This document shows positions 20,392-29,319 of a stretch of 52,584 nt of DNA, in pieces (within the stretch, counting starts at the first letter, position 1; the number at the start of each line of letters is the position of its first letter). Source of the stretch: an archaeon (lineage in GTDB: Archaea > Thermoplasmatota > Thermoplasmata > WALJ01); assembly GCA_024278375.1 (NCBI GenBank), contig JAJRTH010000075.1:1-52584 (forward strand), written 5' to 3'. Below the pieces are notes generated by a model. The model made no database searches, was not told the origin of the DNA, and worked only from the letters and a program-made list of their open reading frames with translations. A program made the position numbers and the translations under genes.

Positions 20392-22134
20392 ATGATAAAC
20401 GATGAAGAGGCCGAAAGGATAGAGGAACAAACCGAAGAACCTCCCAAGAAGGAGGAAGAAATCCAGGGGGAATCGCCGGAAGAGACGGACATCCTGTCCC
20501 GAATAGAGGAGATAATGGAGAAGCTGGAGAAAAAGTCGGACAAGGCCGACATAGAGGAGATAAAGGGGTGGAAGGCGGATATTGTCGCAAGGCTTTCGGC
20601 ACTACAGGATGAGATAGAGAAACTCAGAAAGGAGGATGAGCGGGTACTTTCCAACTTCAGGGAATTCACAGATATAATAACAAAGAAAAACACGGAGATA
20701 ACGCGAATAGTGGAACAGAAAGTAGATGTGGACAAACTCAGGCAGTTCAGGAAGGACATAGGAAAAATAGAGAAAAAATTGAATCTTCTGATGGAGGAGA
20801 CCGGTTTCGGAGAAATTCTCGATGTGGCGAAAATCCCCCCCAACATTCTCGAGATAGTCTATGATACGACACTGGGCGATGTTACAAAGGCATTGTGGCA
20901 GGAATACGGTCCGGGTGCCGAGAAGATAATAATGGATGTTCTTGAGGACATACGGCTGGAAACCAGCGGAAGCGAGATGTTCTATTTCGACGGACGAAGG
21001 ATAAGAACGAGGGATGTTGCCAAGAACATAAGGAGAGGTATGATATCTGCCAGACAGCTACAGGATACCTACGAAGAACTCCTAAGAAAGCTCCTCGAAA
21101 GGATACCAACCCACAAATCAAAGAACTTCAGGGCCATGATAAAACTCAAAAGCCAGGAATACACGGTGGATAAGACCACACTGCTCCTCGAAAGGATGGA
21201 AAAGGTGGAAAACGCTGTATCCATGCTAAACGGCATGGTATCCGGTCTCGCTAACACCCTGAATCGCGAAACTAAAAGTCTCGGAGAGGAAATGAAGGCA
21301 CTTTCCGAGGATATACGGGGAAGAATCGAGAGATATATCGATGAAAGGGATGCAAGACTTGCCGGGATAGAGGAGAAGGTGGAGATGATAAGTAAAGAGA
21401 GCGATATGGCGATAAAGTCTCTCGGTGATGCTCTGGACCGGAGAATCAGGGAGAAATGGGAAGAATTGATGGAAAGAATCGAGCCCATCGAACAGAAAGT
21501 ATTCCCGGAAAAGACTGTTAAGGAGAGGGAGGGTGAGAAGACTGAGGTCAAGAAGCCTGTAAACCCCGAGGACCTGGGGGATGAGGAGAGATTCGTGTAC
21601 TCTGCCATACCGCCGGAGGGAATAACGGCCTCGAAGCTTAAAAAGACGGTAAAAACACTTATAGAACGCGACCCGGAGGACATAATCCGGGAACTTATCG
21701 GAATCGGGGCAATATATGAAAAGAAGCGTGGCAAGAGCACCAGGTACTTTCCCGTCGTGGAGAGCCCAGAGGGTGGAAAGGAAACTGCATCTTCGGAGGA
21801 GCAGCCGAAAATACCGAAAAAAGGAGCAAGGAAGAAAAAGAAACCCTCGGAAAAAGCCCGCGAAAAGAAAACGGCCGGAAAGGATGAGGATAAGGCCGGG
21901 AAAAAGAAAGAGGAATATGACAGTAACGAGTCCCTGGTTCTGGATTCTATACCAGAAAACGGTTGTACACTCAACAGGCTGAAGAAGATGATAGGAAAAA
22001 AGATGCCCTATGATCTTTTACTTGATACTGTCAAGACCCTTGTCGATAAGGAGGTACTGGTCATCATGACCAGAGGAAGACACACAATATATATGAAAAA
22101 TATAGAAAAAATAGGAGGCGAAAAAAATGCTTGA
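20392..22134 (+). CDS. Long coiled-coil protein with two C-terminal wHTH-like domains
   Basis: Heptad-rich segments; two similar ~60-aa units separated by a K/E-rich linker; ATG 20392 preferred over GTG 20380. Confidence 0.75.
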   Translation: MINDEEAERIEEQTEEPPKKEEEIQGESPEETDILSRIEEIMEKLEKKSDKADIEEIKGWKADIVARLSALQDEIEKLRKEDERVLSNFREFTDIITKKNTEITRIVEQKVDVDKLRQFRKDIGKIEKKLNLLMEETGFGEILDVAKIPPNILEIVYDTTLGDVTKALWQEYGPGAEKIIMDVLEDIRLETSGSEMFYFDGRRIRTRDVAKNIRRGMISARQLQDTYEELLRKLLERIPTHKSKNFRAMIKLKSQEYTVDKTTLLLERMEKVENAVSMLNGMVSGLANTLNRETKSLGEEMKALSEDIRGRIERYIDERDARLAGIEEKVEMISKESDMAIKSLGDALDRRIREKWEELMERIEPIEQKVFPEKTVKEREGEKTEVKKPVNPEDLGDEERFVYSAIPPEGITASKLKKTVKTLIERDPEDIIRELIGIGAIYEKKRGKSTRYFPVVESPEGGKETASSEEQPKIPKKGARKKKKPSEKAREKKTAGKDEDKAGKKKEEYDSNESLVLDSIPENGCTLNRLKKMIGKKMPYDLLLDTVKTLVDKEVLVIMTRGRHTIYMKNIEKIGGEKNA

Positions 22135-22756
22135 TGTAGCGCTTGTATCGCTCATACAGGATATGAGTGAAAAGGCTGGAGTAGAGGGAACCATACAATA
22201 CTGGCTCAGAGTCGGAGAGAATCTCGCTAGAAGGATGGGAAAGGAGGCGTACATGGGTTGGCCTTCCTTCAATGTGGCTCTGAGAGAGGGAAGGACAGCA
22301 TTCTCCATAGAAGGGGATGTTACGGCCCTTACGGACCTTGCGATAACGGATGTAGACGGCGATGTGGTAGGATACATATACGCTCTCAGAGAATGTGTAT
22401 TCAACCCAACGATAACGAGAATACGGTACAGTGTAGGAGAGGTTCCCGAAGCGGACAGACTTGTGGCTGAGGAATACAACAACAGCATAAAGGACACGGC
22501 GGTATGCAATTTCTGTGTGATACACCAGAAGTTCAGAGAAGAGGTCGCAAAGAACATAACAGTGGCCGGTCAGCAGCTGGAATGTCTGCAACTGGCGGAC
22601 AGAGGATTTACCGGCGAGACAAAGATTGCAGTGGACAGCCTGAAAAAGATAGGCATAAACGAAGAGTATGTGCGAAGTCTGCTAAGGAACTATGCATGCG
22701 TGTATGCAATAATAATGCACGGTGCAAGGCTCCGAGGTGAGGAGGAAGAGGCATGA
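22127..22756 (+). CDS. Hypothetical V4R/MetOD-like protein, Cys-rich paralog
   Basis: ECVF...VCNFCVIH...EC...ACVY; translationally coupled on both sides. Confidence 0.65.
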   Translation: MLDVALVSLIQDMSEKAGVEGTIQYWLRVGENLARRMGKEAYMGWPSFNVALREGRTAFSIEGDVTALTDLAITDVDGDVVGYIYALRECVFNPTITRIRYSVGEVPEADRLVAEEYNNSIKDTAVCNFCVIHQKFREEVAKNITVAGQQLECLQLADRGFTGETKIAVDSLKKIGINEEYVRSLLRNYACVYAIIMHGARLRGEEEEA

Positions 22757-23361
22757 AGCGAAGAGAGCTTGTTAAGGACAACCCGCTGGTGGACGTGGCG
22801 GCCTATCTTTTCCTGGAAGACATCGCAGACAAACAGGGTGCCGCAGGAATGAACACCTATCTGATGAGCCTGGCATCAGCACTGGCACAGAGCATGCCGG
22901 AAGAGGAGTACGAGACATGGGATGCGTTTGTGGAGGCCCTCAAAAACGGAGATTCCGCTCTGTCTACCTTTGAGGACGTGGAGATGCCCACCAAACACTG
23001 TGTCGTGACCACGGAATCACCCTTCCTAAGGGGGTGGCAGGAATATACCAAAAGAATAGGCAACTTTGCCAGCATACACTATGAGGTTGCCGAGTACTAC
23101 AATTCCATAGTGAAACCAGGTGCGATAGATAGTCAGGATATAATAATACAGACATACAGGGCGGAGATGGCCAAGAGGATAACCGTCGAAGGAAAGGAAC
23201 TCAGAGTGGCACATATAGCCACGGTAGCACCTGACGGCACCAAGAGGGTCGCTCCAGAGGAATGGCTACCCATACTCTTGGAAAAGGCAGGCATAACCCA
23301 GACCATGCTGAACATGATAATGAGGAACAACGCGAGCGTCTGGATAGTCTACACGGAATAA
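22753..23361 (+). CDS. Hypothetical protein, degenerate paralog of 22127-22756
   Basis: Co-linear similarity over the whole length; most Cys lost. Confidence 0.65.
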   Translation: MKRRELVKDNPLVDVAAYLFLEDIADKQGAAGMNTYLMSLASALAQSMPEEEYETWDAFVEALKNGDSALSTFEDVEMPTKHCVVTTESPFLRGWQEYTKRIGNFASIHYEVAEYYNSIVKPGAIDSQDIIIQTYRAEMAKRITVEGKELRVAHIATVAPDGTKRVAPEEWLPILLEKAGITQTMLNMIMRNNASVWIVYTE

Positions 23362-23392
23362 TCCAAAACCCTTTATTTTTTATGGTGAGTTC

Positions 23393-23923
23393 TTGAGACT
23401 CCTTTACGAGGACAATTACTGTTCCTATTACAGGTTAGAGATGGCCAGTGAGGTGGATAAGCTGGAAATTCCCGAGGAGGATTGAGGTTTCGACTTCTTC
23501 CATGGTCTGGGGATCATAGGATATCCCAAGGCTTTCAAGATGTGGTTAAGGCGATTTCCCAGACCGATTCTTATAATCGCTTCCAAAAAGAACAAGATTC
23601 TCGGTTGGGTTTACGTGGAAGAGTGGGGAAACACGTCCAGCGACGGAAGCACCATCCACGTCCTGAGGGCAATAGAGGTCCTTCCGGGACTCAGGAACAG
23701 GAAAATCGGGTTCAAACTCGTGCTCCTCGCATTGAAGGAGATAACGGGATATATGATAACGAAACCGCTTACGGAAGAAGCCGAGGTTTTTTTCAAGAAG
23801 ATAGGATTCATGGAGCCAGGAGAGTTCAGGAAACCTCCTCTCGACCTATCCAAACATCCGAAATACCTCATTTTGCCGATATATAAAAGAGATATGTTGG
23901 TAAAGGATTTCGAGCACGCTTAG
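23393..23923 (+). CDS. GNAT-family N-acetyltransferase (in-frame TGA at 23483-23485)
   Basis: IEVLPGLRNRKIGFKL (motif A) and AEVFFKKIGF (motif B); TTG start at 23393 after GGTGA, in frame with the tracked ORF at 23540. Confidence 0.7.
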
Positions 23924-25461
23924 ACGAGCGGCTCCAGCCGTACATAAGGCAGGCCCTTTTCCTTATCAACGACCACTGCGTATGCCGGAGTCTTCGGTTT
24001 TATCCCATAAAGGCATAGAACGCGGTCCTTCACAAATAGACGGATGTATGTGTCAGCGAGGTTCATTATCTCCTGCCCAAGCTTCAGGCCGGGTCTGACG
24101 GCACACATACCGATGTCCTCGGATTTCTTGGTTCTGGCCACGGTTTGAAGGACATCTCTTATGGCAAGTGTGTCTCCTCGCAGGTATTCGATGGTGTCGA
24201 AGCCCGCATAGTCCATGATTGGCCGGTTTTTCTCTCCCCTGAGTTCTCTCAGGTTTTTGGAATACATCTCATAGAGTTCTTCGCGGTCTTTGTTAAGTAG
24301 AGGCAGGATATATGGCCGCGGATCATCCTCGGAGAAATAGTCCACTATTCGGACATGGTCCTTGGCATATTTCTCAGCGATTTCAAGACCACCTAGGAAT
24401 TTTATCCCTTCGTTCATTATGTTGTCAGGTGTACTTCCGCCGACCAGAACGGCAAATATTCCTCTGTCGTGGGTTATGAAGTTCAGCCACAGAGGCCGCA
24501 TGATGAGATAATAATCCTCCAAGGAAACATTGGGACCGAGTTCGACGACATTATAGCTGCCTTTCTTAAGACCTCCGCCCAGAATGGCATCCAGGTCGGA
24601 AATCCCGGTGCTGTATCTATCACCGCTCTCCTCTACAGGTTCCCAGTCCGATATTCTGTCTGTCTCGTAGTCGTTTATGTCGAAGCTCCGGAACTTCCCG
24701 TTGTTGAGTGTGAATATGTATTTGGGTTGACTTATCTTGATGGACCTCAGCTTGTTGAGAGATATTTCCCTTATCCTTCTGGCATACGTCTCCATGAACG
24801 AGAGACCGACAACACCGTCAACGAGATATTCGAGTTCAGGCGCTTCTTCCTTTTCAAGAACGAATATGACATCCGTGTTAGAATTTTCAACCAGGTCTTT
24901 CTGAAGCATGGTTATGAAATCCTCGGAATCGGTCCGATGGCGATGTGTCAGACCTTCCACGCTGTCTATGACTATCATGGCCTTTTCTGGAAGTATTGTG
25001 TCTATACGGTCATATGTGTATTCTATCTCGGGAATCCTGCCGTACTTGGCGAATACTCTGTTCATCCATGTCCTGTCGGTCTTCTCGGGAGGAGCACCTT
25101 TGGCGTTTATGTCCTTAAGGAACTTTCTGGCGCTCTCTATTTTCTCCAGATCCTCGTCAGGCAACACGGGAGATATCCTCTTCTTTCTCCCGTACAGGCT
25201 CTCCAGGAGTATCTTTCCGGCATCCACTATCTTCCTCTTCATCTCTTCTTCTTTAAGCCAAGGAAACTGCTGGAATAGGGCCTCGTCGGAGACCCTGGTC
25301 GTCAGATAAAAGCTGGATTCAGGCCTTCCCAGGTCCTCCATTATCTGAAGGGCAAGGGTCGTCTTACCAGTTCCAGCAGGACCCTTTATCAGCAAGGATC
25401 GGCTTCCGTCCAGCCTGAAGAATCTTCTGATCTCATCCGGTATATGCAAATATTCTTTCAT
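23920..25461 (-). CDS. GvpD-like two-domain KaiC/RecA-superfamily ATPase (second domain degenerate)
   Basis: GPAGTGKTT, IVIDS, YLVDGVV and KLRS; second domain STGISDLDAILGGG without an intact Walker A. Confidence 0.85.
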   Translation of the reverse strand: MKEYLHIPDEIRRFFRLDGSRSLLIKGPAGTGKTTLALQIMEDLGRPESSFYLTTRVSDEALFQQFPWLKEEEMKRKIVDAGKILLESLYGRKKRISPVLPDEDLEKIESARKFLKDINAKGAPPEKTDRTWMNRVFAKYGRIPEIEYTYDRIDTILPEKAMIVIDSVEGLTHRHRTDSEDFITMLQKDLVENSNTDVIFVLEKEEAPELEYLVDGVVGLSFMETYARRIREISLNKLRSIKISQPKYIFTLNNGKFRSFDINDYETDRISDWEPVEESGDRYSTGISDLDAILGGGLKKGSYNVVELGPNVSLEDYYLIMRPLWLNFITHDRGIFAVLVGGSTPDNIMNEGIKFLGGLEIAEKYAKDHVRIVDYFSEDDPRPYILPLLNKDREELYEMYSKNLRELRGEKNRPIMDYAGFDTIEYLRGDTLAIRDVLQTVARTKKSEDIGMCAVRPGLKLGQEIMNLADTYIRLFVKDRVLCLYGIKPKTPAYAVVVDKEKGLPYVRLEPLV

Positions 25462-25841
25462 GTCACAACACCTCTCAGTTCTTTTGCTGCCTTTTTAATG
25501 GCATTAAGCACCTCATCCTCCTTCTTTTCACCGAATATCACGATTATGGCGTCATCATTTATTTCCTGCAGCATCATAAACGAATTTTTCCCTTCGGATA
25601 TTATCTTCTGAGGAGAGGATTTTACCACATCTCTGTGTAATATCCTCGAAGCGCTCATTATAGCAGCCGAAAGCGTGGAAAAAAGATCTACGCTCTTTTT
25701 CTCCAGACCGAACCACGCTATGGGGAGTCCTCCACTCGAGGCTATCACGCATCCCTTTGCTCCGTGATTTTTCAGGTTTTTGAAGACTTCTTCGAAGGTT
25801 TTGCTTTTCAAGTGATCCCCCTTACCAGAGAGGAAAGACAT
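25458..25841 (-). CDS. Roadblock/LC7 (MglB-like) protein
   Basis: GCVIASSGGLPIA...STLSAAIMSAS...IISEG...AIIVIFG. Confidence 0.8.
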   Translation of the reverse strand: MSFLSGKGDHLKSKTFEEVFKNLKNHGAKGCVIASSGGLPIAWFGLEKKSVDLFSTLSAAIMSASRILHRDVVKSSPQKIISEGKNSFMMLQEINDDAIIVIFGEKKEDEVLNAIKKAAKELRGVVT

Positions 25842-25916
25842 AACTGATATTTAATTTTTCGGTAAAGCCTCAACATTGCTCCATATCTTTTTATCTCCCG
25901 CCCATATCCCCCCAAT

Positions 25917-26474
25917 ATGCGCATCCTCGTTCACATATGCTGTGCCCCATGTTTCACATATCCACATAAAGCCCTCATAGAGGAAGGACACGAAGTGCTC
26001 GGTCTATGGTATAACCCGAACATACATCCGTTTGAGGAGTACAGAAAAAGGTTGCAGACACTCCAGCGCTACCAGTTCCTTAAAAAAGCCGAAATAATCT
26101 ACAGGGACGAATATCCTCTCGAAGAGTTCCTTGCGGGTATGGTTCACTGGACCGAAGAGGAAAAACCAAGATGCGAGTACTGCTACAGGCTTAGGCTTGA
26201 AAGGACCGCCAGGGAGGCAAAAGAGATGGGTTTCGAGGCTTTCACAACAACCCTCACACTTTCAAAGTACAAGCCAATAGCCCTTATAAAGAAAATAGGG
26301 GAAGAAATGGGTGAGAAATATGGCATCCCATATCTGCACAGGGATTTCAGGGTCGGCTGGAAGGAGTCGATAGAGATATCAAAGGAACTCGACCTTTACA
26401 GGCAGCCGTACTGCGGATGCATATTCAGCGAGAGGGACAGATATTGCAGGGAACTGGTATGGAATGAGAAATAG
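25917..26474 (+). CDS. queH: Epoxyqueuosine reductase QueH (DUF208) family protein
   Basis: HICCAPC, YNPNIHP..EY, CEYCY..RL, FTTTL and YRQPYCGC. Confidence 0.88.
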   Translation: MRILVHICCAPCFTYPHKALIEEGHEVLGLWYNPNIHPFEEYRKRLQTLQRYQFLKKAEIIYRDEYPLEEFLAGMVHWTEEEKPRCEYCYRLRLERTAREAKEMGFEAFTTTLTLSKYKPIALIKKIGEEMGEKYGIPYLHRDFRVGWKESIEISKELDLYRQPYCGCIFSERDRYCRELVWNEK

Positions 26475-26485
26475 GAAAAATGGGT

Positions 26486-28039
26486 TTATCCTTCGTATTC
26501 ATATCCTTTGACCTTTCTTATGACATCTATGGTGCTTCCGTCCCTGTACTCTATTATTCCCACTATCTTGTCCTCGAACTCAGGTTTCTCCGGTTTTCCG
26601 GTTATCGATACGGCCTCCTCGTAGAGTTCATCTATACTTCTTATCGGGAGATCGGTGCCTTCCAGTTTCTCCATCAGGTCCGTTCTCCTGGGATTTATGG
26701 CTATTCCAGCATCGGTGACCACCACATCTATGGTTTCTCCCGGTGTTGTCACATTGGTCACCTTATCGACAATTATGGGCAATCTGCCGCGATAAAGCGG
26801 TACTGTGACAAACGTGAGCTTCGAGCCAGCGGCGACATCACTGTGTCCTCCGGTGCCATGCAGCATCATGCCGTCCGAGTGTGTATTCACATTGACATTG
26901 AAATCCAGGTCGACCTCGGTGGCACCCAGGAATCCGGTGTCCACTCTGTTGACAATGGCGCCTCTAGTGTGCGGGTTCGCATACATGTAAGCGCTCACCT
27001 CCAAATGATTCGGATTGTTTCTCAGGGAATCCAGAGATGCCAGATCAAACGCCTGAGCGTCCAGTATCTTCCTGACCCTTCCTTTTTCGAGGATGTCTAC
27101 CAAGAATTTCGTGGTTCCGCCCATGGCAAAGCTTGCCACCACATCCTCTTCCTCAAGGAGTTCGCCTAAGTATTTCACCACAGCAAGGGAGATTCCTCCC
27201 GCACCTGCCTGAAACGAAAAGCCATCCTTGACCAGACCGGAATGTCTGAGGACCTCTATGACATATCTGGCAATCTTCAATCTCGTGGGACTGCTGGTTA
27301 TCTTCGTAGTGCCAGATTCTATTCCCTTCGGGTCTCCTATGGAATCCACTTCAACGACATAATCTACTCTGCTCTGGTCTATGCTAAGAGGCGTTGCCGG
27401 ATAATCCACCAGATTGTCCGTGAGAACTATGACATGGCCCGCATACAGGGCATCGATCATGGAATAGCTTATGGGTCCGAACGCCGAAGGTCCGTACATT
27501 CCGTTGCAATTTCCGTAATCGTCAGCCATTGCCGCACCCACAAATGCAACATCCACATGCAGGTCATCCGCCTCAACCGCCCTCGTCCTTCCGCCGTGGC
27601 TCCTGAGGACAACAGGTGCCTTCAGCCCTCCGGCCGAGGCATACAGGCCCACAGGACCGTTTATGCTCCCCTCTATCCTTGTTATGACTCCGTTTTTGAG
27701 GTGTTCTATAATCGGTTCATGTACAGGGAAAAGTGCGACCTGCGCAAGCCTGAGGTCCTTAATTCCCATGGATGCTATGGTATCGACGACGAGATTTATC
27801 ACTCCGTCCCCGTTTCTGAGGTGATGATGGAAAGATATGGTCATTCCGTGCTTCAGCCCGACCCTTCTTATTGCTTCCTCGAGAGAGGGTACGAGCTTCC
27901 TTTCATCCCGTCCGATGTGTTTTATCACAGGCGCGGCCCTTCTTTTATGGGGCAGGGTTTTGAAAGCTCCAGCAAACGGTATGAGTTTTCTGCCGGCGAC
28001 CTCTTCGGGTATTTCTCTTCCGACTGCATTGAGAACCAT
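26486..28039 (-). CDS. citF: Citrate lyase alpha subunit (citrate CoA-transferase)
   Basis: ISFHHHLRNGD, RSHGGR, FQAGAGG, GATEVD and GGHSD. Confidence 0.93.
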   Translation of the reverse strand: MVLNAVGREIPEEVAGRKLIPFAGAFKTLPHKRRAAPVIKHIGRDERKLVPSLEEAIRRVGLKHGMTISFHHHLRNGDGVINLVVDTIASMGIKDLRLAQVALFPVHEPIIEHLKNGVITRIEGSINGPVGLYASAGGLKAPVVLRSHGGRTRAVEADDLHVDVAFVGAAMADDYGNCNGMYGPSAFGPISYSMIDALYAGHVIVLTDNLVDYPATPLSIDQSRVDYVVEVDSIGDPKGIESGTTKITSSPTRLKIARYVIEVLRHSGLVKDGFSFQAGAGGISLAVVKYLGELLEEEDVVASFAMGGTTKFLVDILEKGRVRKILDAQAFDLASLDSLRNNPNHLEVSAYMYANPHTRGAIVNRVDTGFLGATEVDLDFNVNVNTHSDGMMLHGTGGHSDVAAGSKLTFVTVPLYRGRLPIIVDKVTNVTTPGETIDVVVTDAGIAINPRRTDLMEKLEGTDLPIRSIDELYEEAVSITGKPEKPEFEDKIVGIIEYRDGSTIDVIRKVKGYEYEG

Positions 28040-28040
28040 T

Positions 28041-28910
28041 TCATTCCTCCTTTAGAACTCCCGCGGCTTTTGCAAGCGCGATTATCCGCTCCGCTCTCTT
28101 TGCCACAGGCTTATCTATCATCTTTCCGTCCAGTGATATGGCACCGGTTCCAGCCTTCTTTCCCTCTTCAAGTGCCTCTATGACCCTTTTCGCCCACCCT
28201 ATCTCATCCTGAGACGGGGTGTATGCCGTGTGTATGACCTCTATCTGGGACGGATGTATCGCACTCCTACCGTCGAAACCCATCCTTCTGCTCCTTATGG
28301 TATCTTCGTAAAGCCCTTCGAGGTCATTGACATCCGAATAAACCGTGTCCAGAGCCTGAATTCCTGCAGCCTTTGCAGCTGCAACAAGCATTGACCTTGC
28401 AAACAGTGTCTCATACCCTTCCTTTGTCCTCTCACCGCCTATGTCTCTCGTGTAGTCCTCGGCACCGAAGGCAAGAGCGCTCACTCTCGGAGCTTTAGCA
28501 ATCTCCGGGGCGTTGAGAATTCCCTGTGCAGACTCCAGCGTTGCTACTATCTCAATCTCTCCGAGCCGGTCCATTTTATCCTCGACACCCTGAAGAGCGT
28601 TGCACAATGTTTCCACATCCCTTGCGCTCTCCACCTTTGGCATTACTACAGCGCTCACCTTTTCATTGATTATCTCCAGGTCGTCCTCTCCTCCTTCACC
28701 TATGGGGTTTATCCTTATCATTATCTCGCTGTCCCCCAAATCCACATGTCGAAGAGCGTTTTTAACAAGAATTCTCGCCTCATCCTTGTTCTCGGGAGCA
28801 ACCCCGTCTTCAAGGTCCAGAATTATGACATCCGGTCTGAAGACCTTTGCTGTCTGAATCATCCTTGGATTGTTTCCGGGGACGAACAACCTTGATCTCC
28901 GGAGCTTCAA
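28041..28910 (-). CDS. citE: Citrate lyase beta subunit (citryl-CoA lyase)
   Basis: RRSRLFVPGN, DLEDGV, PKVE, FGAED, IHPSQI and DGKMID; TTG start overlaps the citD stop. Confidence 0.9.
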   Translation of the reverse strand: MKLRRSRLFVPGNNPRMIQTAKVFRPDVIILDLEDGVAPENKDEARILVKNALRHVDLGDSEIMIRINPIGEGGEDDLEIINEKVSAVVMPKVESARDVETLCNALQGVEDKMDRLGEIEIVATLESAQGILNAPEIAKAPRVSALAFGAEDYTRDIGGERTKEGYETLFARSMLVAAAKAAGIQALDTVYSDVNDLEGLYEDTIRSRRMGFDGRSAIHPSQIEVIHTAYTPSQDEIGWAKRVIEALEEGKKAGTGAISLDGKMIDKPVAKRAERIIALAKAAGVLKEE

Positions 28911-29173
28911 TCCTTCACCCCCGCCCCAATTATTGCGGCTTCGACCCTTGATTTCAGAACCCACGGAAGCGCTCCTCTTTCTGTGACCCTTATTTTGGCG
29001 CTCTTCACCCCGAACTCCTCGAGGACCTCTCTCACCTCTTTCTCGATGTTTCCCCTGACAAGGGCCGGAGCGGAGCACTTTATCTCGATCTCTATCCCGT
29101 CAGCTGGTTCTATTTCAACCAGTGCGTCATCTCTACCGTATTTTCCAGCGGATGCCGGCTGAACTATCTTCAA
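28907..29173 (-). CDS. citD: Citrate lyase acyl carrier protein (gamma subunit)
   Basis: MKIVQPASAG...ERGAL..VLKSRVEAA; TTG 29173 after AGGAGG. Confidence 0.82.
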   Translation of the reverse strand: MKIVQPASAGKYGRDDALVEIEPADGIEIEIKCSAPALVRGNIEKEVREVLEEFGVKSAKIRVTERGALPWVLKSRVEAAIIGAGVKD

Positions 29174-29319
29174 GGATATTCCTCCTTTACCCGAGGATTG
29201 AAAGGAAGTATATGAAGGGTTTGGAAAGAGATATGAAAAATCTAAAAATGCGGAAAATGTCAACAACTTTTAATAATTGTGATATTATTGGCTGAAAACA
29301 GAATTATAGAGGTCATCGT

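Noticed and set aside
23920-25461. Gas vesicle cluster
   Set aside because: No gvpA or other gvp genes in the window
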